Origin: Okamejei kenojei
Lineage: Eukaryota
Reading direction: 5' to 3'
NCBI GenBank assembly: GCA_035221665.1
Contig: CM069169.1
Location: forward strand, 16,740,001-16,804,000
DNA length: 64,000 nucleotides
Of this stretch, positions 63,460-64,000 are shown piece after piece. Under the pieces are notes generated by a model. The model saw nothing but the letters and a program-made list of their open reading frames with translations, ran no database searches and was not told the DNA's origin. How positions within the stretch are numbered: position 1 is the first letter of the stretch; every line of letters starts with the position of its first letter. Position numbers and translations under genes: made by a program.

Positions 63460-64000
63460 AACATAGAAAATAGGTGCAGGGGGAGGCCATTCGGCCCTTC
63501 GAGCCAGCACCGCCATTCATTGTGATCATGGCTGATCGTAACCCATGCCTGCCTTCGCCCCATTTCCCTTGACTCCACTAGCCCCTAGAGCTCTATCTCT
63601 CTCTCTCTTAAATCCATCCAGTGACTTGGCCTCCACTGCCCTCTGTGGCAGGGAATTCCATAATTTCACAACAAGTTTTTTCCCACCTTAGTCTTAAATG
63701 ACCTCCCCTTTATTCTAAGACTGTGGTCCCTGATTCTGGACTCGCCCAACATTGGGAACATTTTTCCTGCATCTAGCTTGTCAAGTCCTTTTATAATTTT
63801 ATATGTTTCTATAAGATCCCCCCTCATCCTTCTAAACTCCAGTGAATACAAGCCTAGTCTTTTCAATCATTCCTCATATGCCAGTCCCGCCATCCCAGGG
63901 ATCAATCTCGTGAACTGCCTCAATCACAAGGATGTCCTTCCACAAATTAGGAGACCAAAACTGTACACAATACTCCAGATGTGGTCTCACCACAGCCCTA
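63460..64000 (-). mobile_element. CR1 LINE 3' fragment
   Basis: LGLYSLEFRRMRGDLIETYKI motif and 3' UTR. Confidence 0.88.

Noticed and set aside
52575-64000. Search for the CD276 promoter and first exon
   Set aside because: No CpG island or convincing exon visible; probably beyond the window end

Overview
Repeat-rich vertebrate genomic DNA, most likely from a cartilaginous fish (shark, skate or ray); this is inferred from abundant HE1-type V-SINEs and CR1 (HER1-like) LINE fragments. One protein-coding gene is supported: CD276 (B7-H3) on the minus strand, in the single IgV-IgC (2Ig) form. Five coding exons have canonical splice sites and phase-1 junctions: leader 52396-52456, IgV 42281-42631, IgC 39913-40209, transmembrane 15482-15613 and a 33-nt cytoplasmic exon 1263-1295. 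The last coding exon(s) and the first non-coding exon were not found and probably lie outside the window. The introns are filled with CR1, L1, L2, Rex/Babar, Penelope-like, hAT and Harbinger-like elements. The most striking signals are two families of very short, apparently mobile, ribozyme-bearing elements. (1) A ~137-nt element, four copies, starts with a 54-nt minimal HDV/CPEB3-like ribozyme fold and ends in an (AAG)n tail, resembling an internally deleted Ingi/Vingi-type element; one intact copy is sense to the CD276 pre-mRNA. (2) ~90-nt Penelope-derived units carry a minimal hammerhead core and are flanked by 7-18 bp target-site duplications. Two assembly gaps are present. Repeat boundaries are read by eye and are approximate unless TSDs are given.
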